From contig JAYWIR010000104.1 in NCBI GenBank assembly GCA_036172245.1, forward strand, positions 62,001-126,000: a stretch of DNA of 64,000 nucleotides, given 5' to 3'. The position numbers were made by a program, and so were the translations under genes. Positions 1 to 10,799 of this stretch are shown in pieces. The notes below the pieces were generated by a model. It was not told the origin of the DNA. It saw nothing but the letters and a program-made list of their open reading frames with translations, and searched no databases. Position 1 is the stretch's first letter. Each line of letters opens with the position of its first letter. The DNA comes from Raillietiella orientalis. Its lineage: Eukaryota.

Positions 1-840
1 CCACTCCACATTGCTGCTCAGCAATATCACCAAGAAGTTGTTGAGGTTCTCTTGAAATTTGGTGCCAGCATTGACTCTAAAGATGGATATGGTAGAACAG
101 CTCTTCACATTGCCACTAAAGAAGGATTTATACAAGTTGTTAAAACTCTCCTACAAAATGGCTCCGATATTAACATCGCTAGTAAAAATAATTGTACACC
201 GCTTGATTTTGCTAAGGATGCTATCAGACAATTGAGACACACATGCTTCAGTGATGATTCTGATGATGATTCCTCTTATGATAGTGGTAGTTTTTTGTGG
301 CATGAAATTGCTCAAATTCTTAGACACCACATAATTATCATGAAAACTGCAAATTTATATGTAAGCGAGAAAAATTTATTATCAGTTGATGATATAGATG
401 AAATCGATTTCGAGAAGCTATGTATGGAAGAAATTGAAATCATGAAAAATGAGAAGATTGGTAATTCTAAATTCACATTTCATCATACCTTGACCAAAAA
501 TATAAACCAATTAGTAATCCTCTCGAGAAATAAAGATGTAGCACAAGTCCTAAGATCGTTTGATTATGAAAAAAAATTCCCAATATACGGCAGTATGATA
601 AATAATAGTCTTCAGAAAGGGAAAAGAAGAAAGAAATTGCTTGAGCAACTCTATAAAAATGGCCACATCTTCCCTGTGTTATCGCGTGACTGTACTGAAA
701 ACGTACTTAGTTACTTAAGCAATAATGACTTAAGAATTCTAATGGCTGCTTATAAGCCCACTAATGCTAGTAAACTTGGTGCTAATATTGAGAATCTGGC
801 AATTACTTCAAGTATGTCCAAAGCATCATGCTTAGTGTAA
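1..840 (+). CDS. Ankyrin-repeat protein with C-terminal PRANC/F-box-like domain, 5'-partial (runs off the window edge)
   Basis: Frame 1 is open from base 1 (PLHIAAQQYHQEVVEVLLKFGASIDSKDGYGRTALHIATKEG...), giving ankyrin repeats. The C-terminal FPVLSRDCTENVLSYLSNNDLRIL fits the LP..C.E.IL.YLSN.DL PRANC/F-box signature. Stop TAA at 838-840. AT-rich, no intron visible. Confidence 0.88.
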   Translation, partial: PLHIAAQQYHQEVVEVLLKFGASIDSKDGYGRTALHIATKEGFIQVVKTLLQNGSDINIASKNNCTPLDFAKDAIRQLRHTCFSDDSDDDSSYDSGSFLWHEIAQILRHHIIIMKTANLYVSEKNLLSVDDIDEIDFEKLCMEEIEIMKNEKIGNSKFTFHHTLTKNINQLVILSRNKDVAQVLRSFDYEKKFPIYGSMINNSLQKGKRRKKLLEQLYKNGHIFPVLSRDCTENVLSYLSNNDLRILMAAYKPTNASKLGANIENLAITSSMSKASCLV

Positions 841-2076
841 AGGTAAATAGGGCAGTGAGGCAAGTTATAGGTAGTAAATGCAGAATAAACAGGATTTCTT
901 TTGAAGTTACTTTATTTGCAAATTTTACTTTGAATTTATGATTTTTTCAATATACTGTTTTATGTTTATTTCAAAATTGGGTGAATGGTAATCGACCGTT
1001 CCACATCTTCCACCTTTTAAGAAGAATTTAGGAACTTTAAAAAATGAAGTTTAGGACGAAACACCAGGTATATAAGATGTATAGTTAGGTCTTGCGCTGG
1101 TGTGGTACATCCCCACATCCTTTTTTTTTTCAACTAAGCGTTCCATATGCTTTGGACAGTCCTTTTTCGATTTTGATTTAGGAGAAATAGTAGGGAGTAA
1201 CACCATTGAATATTGTGAGTCACATTGTGGGTTTGGGTGCATGGGCACCGACACAGTTTTCGAAATTCCTTATGACATTGGCACCGAGGTGTTTCTCCCT
1301 CGCATTACCATCCACCCATGCACACTGCCGTCATGGAAGCGTTTCTAGCAGTTTCGCCACACCATATCTTCTGAAGGCCAGTATGCAGACAGTCCTGAAT
1401 GCCCACAGATATTCGGTGCCTCTCCTGAGCTTAGCAGACCAAGAGGTGAACAAAGGTGGTTTGATGAGATACCGGGATTGCATACTGCAGAAGAGAAGCT
1501 CACGGAAATCCATGCCCAAAATGCTAAGGATAGTTCGCCGTGGATGTGATACCGAAATGTGTATAATTGATTGCCCTATATTCAGTTCTTTACAAAGACA
1601 AAAACATTCATGGATGTCCATGCGGACGCGCACGAGGTCTCCGAAAAGGAGACCAAAGATATTGTTAATGCTGCAGCCCTAAGATTTGCTGAGGATTTCC
1701 GGCCAGCACACTCTCGTATGTATGTCCGACTGCGTGTTCAGGTGAGTGTGAAGTGACATATTTTAGAAATGCGGAAAAGCTGCCCGATCGCAGGAATTTG
1801 GAATTATGTCGCGACGTGTTCTCTTCCAATTCAATTGTATTCTGACGCATTCTCTTGATTCCAAGGAGCACATTCTAGCATCACAGGTTGCCTGTTTATC
1901 CACATCTGTAAATTTCGGATGAAATTCCTGCAGGTGGATCATGATCCTAGAATCGGAGGCTTGTTGGTTGGTGAGTGGCATGAAGAACACAAGGTACTTG
2001 CGCAAAATTGAAAAATCGGGCACCAAAAGCTGTACAGAACAGATTGATCTTTCCATCTAGTTGGTTAGTAAGCAAG
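784..2076 (+). repeat. Duplicated block A1 (ANK 3' end + ~1.2 kb unknown downstream sequence); paralog of 23112-24402
   Basis: Long collinear identical stretches, e.g. ttcgaaattccttatgacattggcaccgaggtgtttctccctcgcattaccatccaccca at ~1259 and ~23581, and ctgcagaagagaagctcacggaaatccatgccc at ~1485 and ~23808. Confidence 0.93.
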
Positions 2077-2544
2077 AGTTTGTAGGCCGAGCTGTGTTGA
2101 CGCATTTTTCCACATGTCGAGCAGTGCTGTCTCTCAGAAAGGCATCTCTTTTTTTTTCTCACTTCGCACCGTATAGGAGTGGATCTGCACCCAATGCACC
2201 CACTTTTGGTCGCGATCCTCGTGCACATTTGCTCACCTTCACCAAGAGTCCCCTTGTTTCAGTCCCTGGTTTCAAGTCACCAGATGAATGCAAGTTCGGC
2301 CTTTCACCCCGCCATAATCCCAGGCAGGGTGCAACATTTCAAGAGAACTCAGAGCACTCTGAACTGAAGGACCTCGGAGATGCCCTTTGCAGTCACGGAA
2401 TGTTCCGCGTGGTTGAATGCAGCGGCAATCTATCGAGATTCGTAGTTTAGGCGATTGCGTGTATGTGTCCTTTTGCACGTTTGCTTTCAGTTTTTGATTT
2501 CATAGCCTGCCTCCTTACTACTCAGAATGTCATAACCAATGGCC

Positions 2545-2761
2545 GGGAGTGCACTTTCTTCGCCTATCAAATGAACAAAACGTGGCCTCCTGTTTCAAGC
2601 ATCTCACCGACAATAGTAAACGCCATAACATGTGGACGCTGTACCCTGATCTCCTCTTCAATGACGTGAAGGAGCTGTCGGAAGGAGGAGTCAATTTGGA
2701 AAGCCTCGTGCAGATGTGTCTGATGCAGCCAATGGAACGTGTCGGGGTCCACCTTTCCCCT
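2545..2761 (+). repeat. Duplicated block A2; paralog of 24434-24654
   Basis: Both copies translate to WTLYPDLLFN(D/E)(V/M)KELSEGGV(N/H)LE.L.QM.LM...ERV.VHLSPL. The gap between the two blocks is ~470 bp in copy A and ~30 bp in copy B. Confidence 0.9.
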
Positions 2762-3799
2762 TTATGAGCACCCTAAGGAAAGCTATGCGCACCTCACCGA
2801 CGACTCGGTCAGACGCTTTTGCACGTTGGACAGATTTCCGCTTGCAATGTCGAAACGATTCCTCATGTGCAGAAGGCCCGAGTCATTCGATTGAGACAAG
2901 ATTTACAAGATAAAGTCCCCATTTCGATGTGAGGACACGCTTCTCAATTACTTCCTAAAGCACGCTGAGAGCAACATTTCAGGCAAGGAGGGGCTGAAGC
3001 AACAACCCTTTGTACGCTATGAAAGCTGTGAAATCTGAGTGTGGGGTTTTATTTTGGAAAAGAAAAATTCCGGCCTTATTGAAATATGCGTTTAGTAAAG
3101 GAAATTTTCGCATAAACGAATTTGTTGATGGGGATCGCGGGATGCGAAAGCGACAGATGGACGTTATTAGGAAATGATGATGAGAACGCAGAAGACAATT
3201 CGTATGATATTTGCGTTATAGGTGAAGACAACATCGAAAACTTTTGAGTTGATCTCATTTCTGAAGAAGGGTCTGGGGATTCGGAACGGGGAATCGATGG
3301 ACCCAGAAGTGGTCCTACGTTCAAAGGAGAAAATGAAGGTTTAGGAGTAACTGATGAATTCATAAGTGTTTACCTTCTCTCTTCCAAAGAAGAAAGTTCG
3401 AAACGATAGCACAGATCCAACGATCGTTTTGTTGATTATCTTCGGGCAAGAAAAACCCAGATTTTTCTGTCGGCCGTTTAGGTTATATTAACCTGTAATT
3501 TCCTTGGTTTCTATTCACATCGTTGCAGCGTTTGTACTGGAGCAGTTTGTGATTTTTTGTAATTTCGTGTTTGCATCGAGAAGCAGCAAGCAGAACTGAT
3601 GATCAATGCGGAAGCAGAAGTTCTTTAAAAAAAAGATAGCGTCAATGAAAACATTTTCAGAATACAATTTTAACCTTGTTAATTGGCTGCAGCAAGTAAA
3701 CAGTCTGAAGATTACACGCACAGATATGCCGTGAATGCTTTTCATCCTTGTCCTTGGATTGACAAACATAGGAAACATTATTCATTACGGGAAGCCTTT

Positions 3800-3997
3800 G
3801 GCCTCCTTTTGCTTGGGAGACGCGATCTTCCCGGCTCCCTCACCTAAAACTGCGGCGTTCACAGGCAGGCATTTCTGCCTGTCAACGGCCGTGAACCACA
3901 CAAAAAACAATAGCAAAAACTCCTATACACGGAGCGCACAACAAATACGTCCGACGCCAGCCGGTATCTATCACCAGGATATGCCAAGGCATTTATT
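3800..3997 (-). mobile_element. Decayed Tx1-like 3'-end motif followed by the 5' UTR/ORF1 start of the next copy
   Basis: The minus strand reads AATAAATGCCTTGGCATAT (3997-3979), a transition-decayed form of AATAAACGCCCCGGCGTGA. CGGACGTA follows at 3953-3946, then caggcagaaATGCCT (ATG 3872), paralleling caggcagcgATGCCT at 7175. Confidence 0.55.
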
Positions 3998-4069
3998 ATC
4001 CTAATTTTCTACAAAATTAGATAACAAAGTCTTTGAAAATAGTTTTTTATGGCGGACTTGTCGTGAGCC

Positions 4070-5596
4070 GGTGCTAAGACCGGCGAGGTCCTCTCCCTAG
4101 GCGCAGGGCCGCGGTATGGAACGCGTTTGCGGCTCTCATCCTCCACTCCCTGCTTTTTGTTTGCCCCGTCCCCCTCCTCTTGAAAAAGAAAACAAGGAAC
4201 CTCCTAAGCATCGTCCATTGGGGCAAGGGGAGGCCCCGAGTGCCTCTGATGGACTTATGCTCTCCGCGTTGGGACGGAGGTCTTGGTCTCTTGACGCTGG
4301 AGCGCATGGAAATTCAGCTGCGATGCCGCAGCATGGCTATCGCAGCGCAGTTGTGGAACACCCCTTGGTGCGTTACGGCCCGCCTTCTTGCCAGCCGTGT
4401 CTCCAGGACGCAAGGACTCCTGTCGTTTCTGCTGTGCTCCGGCCGGAAGATACGAAGCTGTGGCCTGCTCCTTGGTCGCATGGCCACCCTGGCAAAGGAG
4501 AACGGCTGGATGGTCTGCAGCTCCGCCAACTCCTCCGCATGGCTGTAGGAGACAGTTGGCACGTGGGAGAAGTTAAACCAGCAAAGAGGAGAATCATGGA
4601 ACCGCCTGAGTCCCGGCATCTACACCCGCTGCACGCTGCGGAAGATGATCGAGTGTCCCGCCAGAAGCACGTGGGCGGAGACGACCCCACTGACCACGGC
4701 GTTGCCCTACCTGAGGATGGCGCTTTATAACAGCCGGAAGCCGAGGTGGCAAGTCTTCTGCCGGATAGCGGGAAGGGAGAAGGAGTTAAGTGGATTGACC
4801 ATGAGGGAACTGGCTGACGCCGCGACCCCAAGCGTTCTGCCGCGAGGAATCCAGAGATGGGGCGAGCTGCTTGGCATCCCGTTGGATGACCTAAAGTGGC
4901 CCCCGTTATTCAGAGAACTATCCACCCTCCCCCTTAAGTGGCAGGAAACGACGCTGCTGTTGTTGCATTGGGGTCTTTTCTGCAACACGCTCCACCACCA
5001 CTGGACGTTGGGGAACGTGGGACAGAACTATGCAGTGTGTGGGGAGAAGGAATCCGTCCCCCACCTGTTAGTGGACTGTGCTGCCCTCCGGCAATTGTGG
5101 GAACGTTTTGCTACGACCCTCCGAATGCCGGTCAGAAGTACCCACAGAGACGTTGTGAGACTCTTCGTGCGAGACGCCCTGCCACCAGCCTCAACCCTGG
5201 CAGCGCTATGCTGCCTCCGAGGGATTGTGACTGCGCGGAGAGCAGCCAGCAGAGAAAGCAGCGATAGGGACCCCATCGTACACGCGGGTCACTACCTGCC
5301 AATCGCGATCGGCTGGTCCCATCTGGGAGATATGACGAGGGACCTCGAGGGCATCCTGGAAAGGATGGTCTCATCCTCCAGCGGGCTGTGATCCCTTCCC
5401 GACCCTCCAAATAGTTTCTTTTTGTGTGTGTGTTCCATTTATTATTCTTTTTGTTTTACCCCCTATCCCCCTCCGCTGCAGAGGAGAGTCAAGCCGGTCT
5501 AACAACCGGCTTCCTGGCTGGTCCCATGAACTATTGGCCGTAGCGAAGCCTGGTACCGTGGATGTACAGTATCTATTAATAAACGCCCCGACGTGA
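4070..5596 (+). mobile_element. Tx1/L1-clade non-LTR retrotransposon, 5'-truncated ORF2 C-terminal half + 3' UTR
   Basis: Post-RT motif L(C)SPRWDGGLGLLTLE, LHWG and a degenerate zf-RVT (YAVCGEKESVPHLLVDC). Stop at 5391, then a T-rich UTR and terminal AATAAACGCCCCGACGTGA at 5578-5596. Confidence 0.88.
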
Positions 5597-5708
5597 GAAC
5601 TCCCCAACGTCTAGTGATGCCTGCATGCGTTGCAGGGGAGACTCCAGCCAGCAGACTCGACTGCTGCCATTTCTGGGGAAGGGTAGTCGTGTATCGTAGC
5701 ACTGGGGG

Positions 5709-7085
5709 CTACTCGAGTTTTTCTTTTGGAATGCGCAGTAGCTCGCCCCAGCGTTGGAGTCTTTGAGGCAGGACACTTGGTGTCGTGGCATCCGCCATCT
5801 GACCCATGGTCCAGCCGCTCATTATTCTTTCTTTGACTTCAATCCTGCAGGTGACCTGCCACCTCGGCGTTATGCTGCTGTTCAGTTCCCTTCCCAGAAA
5901 AAGCAACGCCATTGCGACGGGAGACGCTTCAGCCCACGCGGTCCTCGCAGGACACTCCAGCACCTTCTGGAGCGAGTAGTGGGAATAAGGGCAGTGCCGC
6001 AGGCAGTTCCAGTTTTGATTTGCAGGTTGATGCATCCTTGCCCACGTGCCAACAGTTTCATCTAGCCAAGTGCTAGAGATCACGGGGCTGCAAATCATCC
6101 ATGCGTTCTCCTTGGCCAGAATGGCCATGCGCCCTAGGAGGAGGCCGCATTTCCTTCTCTTCCTGCCGCGGCAATGAAGATGGGACGCGAGCCCATCCGT
6201 TCCGGATAAAAGTCGAGCAAGGAGGCGGGTGGGCACTCACCAAAGGGTGCTCCAGAACTTGACTGCTATGGCCAGGGCTCGCCATCGCAGCTGTGTCTCT
6301 ATGCACTGCAGCGTCAAAAATTCGAGACCTCAATTGCGACGCGGGGCGCACAAGTCGTTTAAAGGGACTCGGGTCTTCCTCTTTCCCCACAGGGCAATTC
6401 GAAGGAGGTCGTTGATCCTTTTCTTGATATAAGCGTCGACGGGGCAAACAAAAAGTAAAGGACGCAGAATGGGGCCCGCGAAAGCGGTCCAAACAGCAAG
6501 CGAAACTTGCCTTCCGGCAACAGGCCGATCGCCAACTCCACTTTTTGGAGGCGATCTGACCAGAATTTGGATAAACCAAACTCCCTCAACGGAACACCAA
6601 GGTATCTCAAGTACCTTTCCGTAGAGATCCCCAGAAGGATCCAGTCAGATCGTCCAGCTCACGTCGCACCAACTGGCAAAACCGACGACTTGGTCCACCT
6701 AGAGTCCTGTTTCACGGCTCAACAGCTCGAAACAATATTCTGGAGCTGTGACCTAAGCGGACATAGGTAACAGGAGCAGGAGATCATCGGCGTAAGCCGA
6801 CACGGCAGGCGTACCGGGGCACGAGCTCGGCAGGGTAGCCAAAGTAACCCTGTAGGCTCTCAGCACCAATTCAAAGTAGGTGCTAAAGAGCAGGAAACTG
6901 AGGCTATCTCCCTGCCTGATTTTGCGCCGCACCGTTTCGCAGTACACGTGTTGTCCCCCCAAAAAATGTTCGTTATCGCAGCACCCCAGCAGGAGGGCAG
7001 GTAAACCGTTAAGGAGGGGGGAATCCCATGCACTCCAGGAACTCCAGAAGTTCCCGGTCCAAGCAGTCGAAAGCTTTACGCGCGT
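5709..7085 (-). mobile_element. Tx1/L1-clade ORF2 internal fragment (RT core to post-RT), degraded
   Basis: The minus strand gives KAFDC, IRQGDSLS.LLFS, AYADDLLLLL and RYLGV, plus CGLLLGRMAILAKENAWMICS, which closely matches the 4070-5596 copy. Confidence 0.9.
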
Positions 7086-7087
7086 TA

Positions 7088-10000
7088 AGACGGACGTGCT
7101 TCCTCGGTGCTCTTCGTGCCAGGAACCGTCCCTAGGTGCGAGCTTCGTGTGCTTCGGTGGTCGATCAGGCAGCGATGCCTGACAAGACCACCAGTGAGTG
7201 TCAGGGGGCGGCGGCAACGTCGCCTCCTGAGAAGATGGTGTGTCAGGGGGCGGCGACAACGTCGCCTCCTGAGAGAATGGAGTGCCAAGGGGCGGCAGAA
7301 ACGTCGCCCCCAGTGGCGATGGAGGTGGAGGCATCCGCCCCCAAAGAATGGTCCCCACTGCAGCGCGGGCGTGGAGCGCCGTCGTAGCGGCGCCATCGCC
7401 TGCAGCCGCGGCGGAATTGTCTGCCTATGTGGAGGAGGGGTATAACCCCTCACTGTTCTACAAGGTAGGCAGTCCATATTGTTCTGAGAGCGCACGCCAA
7501 TTCTCTAAAGGGATGCGCGCTCTCAATGTACAGAAGGAGGAGCTCTGCGCTATGAGCATCCGTAGCGGGGGGCAGTACGTTGAGGTGATCTGCAAACAGG
7601 CAGATCTGGCCCAGCGTGTGCTCAAAACCCCCGTGGTGATGGGGACACGCAGGCTCCTTCCCATTACGGTGGACCGCAGTATGGTAGTCAATCTGTTAAG
7701 AGTTACGGCGCGGATGCGGAAAGTACTTGCCGCGTTGGGAGAACACGGGACGGTCATGCAATGTGGACCAAGCCTAGCCCTTTTGAGGACTATACTAGGC
7801 TGCAATGAGGCTTCACGGCTGCACGTGTAACCGTCCGCGAGGGCTCTTCCCTACAAACTGGTGGTCGACGGCGAAACTGTCGACCTCTGGTATGTAAGGA
7901 AGCCCAAATACTGTGGATTCTGCAACACGTCGGGCCACCTCAAAAGGAGGTGCCCCAACGTACAGTGCCAAGTATGCGGTACAATAAGCCACACGATGAA
8001 GATGTGCCCGCAAGCCGCTGTGCGCGTGGCTTTCGCGAGGAACCTAGAAAAACGAACCCGGCTACTACAAAAAAGGCTTAAAAAAGGCAAATTCTCCCGA
8101 TGTCCGGACGTCCGGTACCATGCGGAGTACAAGGCCAAGGTTGAGCGCCAGGTCTGGCAGTCAGGAGCGGCTTGTCTGCTCGACGACCAGGGCCTGGAGT
8201 ACTCGGGCGCTACCGATGTTCGCCGCCTCCTAAAGCGCTACTACTCCTCGTTGTATGCTAGGGAGCCGACGGAACTTAGTCTCTCGGAGCTCCTCTTGCC
8301 AGCGGATGCCCCTGCGGTCGACGAGGAGGAACGCGCCACTCTAGACTGGCCCTTCACGGCGGAAGAAGTGTCTTCCGCCATTGCGGACCACAAGAAGCGT
8401 AAGGCGCCAGGTGAGGATGGTCTGCCTGCGGAATTCTTCCAGTGCTTCGCGGCGGAACTCATCCCCCTGGTGCTGAGGCTTTCTACGCTGATGTGAGACA
8501 CGGGCAATGTACCGGCCTCGTTTCGCTCAGCAAGGGTGCGTCTCTTGCCGAAAGGCTAAGAGATGCGCCAATTAAGCAACTGGCGTCCGATCACCTTGGT
8601 GAATGCGGACGTGAAGTCGTTCTCCAGGCTCTGGGTCGCGGGCTCAGTCAGAATCGCTGGATCCGTGGTAAGTCCGGAGCAGTCTTACGCTGTTCCCGGG
8701 CGGTCCATGGAGGCGAACCTGTTCTTCGCGCGCACGTGGCTCGAGCTGCAACGCTGCATGGCGCATGACAGCCAGGTAACCGCATCTGCGGCTGCCGCTG
8801 CTAGACGTCGCTGCTTTCGGCCTGAGGAAGCGCCGGGTGCCTTGGCGGTCGCGGTCGATCTCTGCAAGGCGTTCGACTGCGTAAATTAGGATCTCCTCCT
8901 GGAGCTCCTGGAACGCCTCAGTCTCCCGGTGCACCTCGTGGCCTATTTGCGCGCTTGCTGGCGCCACGCTCTCATTTCTATCTCTTTTAGCGGCTGCCAC
9001 GTGTACGGCTTGCCGGTGCGGCGGGGCATCAGACAGGGCGACAGCTTAAGCCCGTTGCTCTTCAGCATCTTCTTTGAGTTGGTGCTGAGGGCGTACAGGC
9101 TGACGCTGGTCAACCTGCCGAGCTCTTGTCCAGCAACTCCGTCCGTGGCGGCCTATGCTGACGACCTGCTTCTCCTTTTACCCATGACCAGCCCGGCGTC
9201 CAGTCTCGAAGATTTCTTCGAGCTGATTCGCCGGGAAGCGGGCATGAGCGTAAACCGGAGCCAGAGCGTGGTCGTTCCTATTGGTGCGAGGTGGGAGGGA
9301 CAGTCCGACTGGATCCGCCTGAAGATCCCGACCGCTTCGTCCTTCCAATACTTGGGCGTTCTGCTGGAGAACATCAGCCCAGTGGAAGTGTGGTCGGACT
9401 GCCTTCGGGAGGCTACGAGTGCTCTGAGCCCTTTCCACCTTGGCAGGTTTCTCCTGGAGGAGCGGGCCACAGCGTGGAACACGTTCGTTTCCCCCCCTCT
9501 TGCGCCCCCTGCTTTTTGTTTGTCCGCCTCCCTACTAGGCCAAGCTCCAGACGCACAGCCTGTTGAAAAACACACTGTGGGGACCTGCGAGGTTTAGGAT
9601 CCTCCTGAAAGACTTGGCGGCTCCGCGTCGGGATGCCAGCTTAGGCATCCTGACGCTGGAGAGAATCGAGCTGCAGGTGCAGCTTCGAATGTTGGCCCTG
9701 TGCGCCAACTTTTGGTCCACTCCGTGGTGCCCTCTTGCGCGCCTGCTCCTGCAGCGCTGCACCGGCAGCGATGGACTTCTGTCGCTTCGGCGGCATACCG
9801 AGCGCGCCACGAGAAGCTTCGGTTTCCCCTTGAAACCGCTTTACCGGCTCCTGGCAGCCCAGGAATGGATCTCCCGCCGTCCAACGAACTTTCAAGCCTG
9901 GCGGCAGGAACCGTTGCATGCTTAGGCAAAGCAACAGGATGTTTCGCTTCTGGAACTCCGTTGCGCTCACCTCTCCCCGTACTGCACGGTGGATGAGGTG

Positions 10001-10580
10001 TGCAACAGCCAGGAGAAGTGGACTCGCCTGGCCGTCACGCCCCTTGCCGACGCGCTGTCAGCCCTCTGGGCAAGAGATGACAGCTGTGAACCGGCAAGGT
10101 GGGAGGTCGCCCGCACCATCGCAGGAGCAACACGACCCATAGGCGGCTGGAGGACTAGCGAGCTGGCAGACACCGCCACGCCTCGCAACATCGCGAAGGG
10201 ACTCCGTCGGTGGAGTGAACTTTTGAGTGTGCCCCCGAAGAACTTGTGGTCCCTTCCTCCTGCTTAAACACTTCTGTGTTCCCCCTTTCTTAGAAGCAGG
10301 ACGTCTTCATGCTGGTGCATTGGGGTTTTCACTCCAACCAGCGGACGAACCTTGTTCCCGGGGGAGTTATCTCCCCGAACTGTAAGCGGTGCGGGGAAAT
10401 GGAAACGCTCCCGCACCTGCTCCCGGACTGCGGTGTCCTCCTAGGACTTTGGCGGAGGCTGGCCTCAGCTCTCCTGCACCAGGGGGACACCGGGAGGGAC
10501 TTGATGCGCCGCTTCTTCACGCCAGGCGGCCTGTCTTTAGGTGCTGTCGTTGCAACGGTCTGTTGCAACGACAGCACCTA
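7088..10580 (+). mobile_element. Near full-length Tx1-like element: 5' UTR, Gag-like ORF1 (RRM-like + 2 CCHC knuckles) joined in frame to RT and zf-RVT; no APE endonuclease; several stops and frameshifts
   Basis: CGGACGTG at 7091-7098 and ATG at 7175. Knuckles CGFCNTSGHLKRRC and CQVCGTISHTMKMC. Then YYSSLY, KAPGEDGLPAEFF, NWRPITLVNADVK, QSYAVPGR (Tx1-type), DLCKAFD, GIRQGDSLSPLLF, YADD, QYLGV and CKRCGEMETLPHLLPDC. ORFs 7282, 7861, 8563 and 8929 share one frame. Confidence 0.92.
7196..7312 (+). repeat. 42-bp coding tandem repeat (~2.8 copies) in the ORF1 N-terminus
   Basis: ECQGAAATSPPEKM / VCQGAATTSPPERM / ECQGAAETSPP. Confidence 0.9.
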
Positions 10581-10797
10581 AAGACAGGCAAAACTCCTCG
10601 CTGGAGGCGAGGGAAGAGCAGTAGAGGCTCCATTCACCTCGGAGTAGGGTCCTGCAGGGCAGAGGGATTCCTCGACATCCATTTTCACAGGCGTCGGCTT
10701 CATTTTCTAATGAAAATTACACCACACCCGAAAAAGTCACCAACCGCAAGAAGAGCACTAGAACCGGAGAGCAAGAATGCACGTCCGAACAATGGAA
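10580..10797 (-). mobile_element. 5' end (UTR + ORF1 start) of a Tx1-like copy
   Basis: Minus-strand CGGACGTG at 10787-10780 and ATG at 10703, the same 83-nt spacing as 7092->7175. It translates MKPTPVKMDVEES...PARSFA, like MEVEAS/KMEVSVEE and ARAWSAVV/SYADVA in other ORF1 copies. Confidence 0.7.
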
Positions 10798-10799
10798 GG

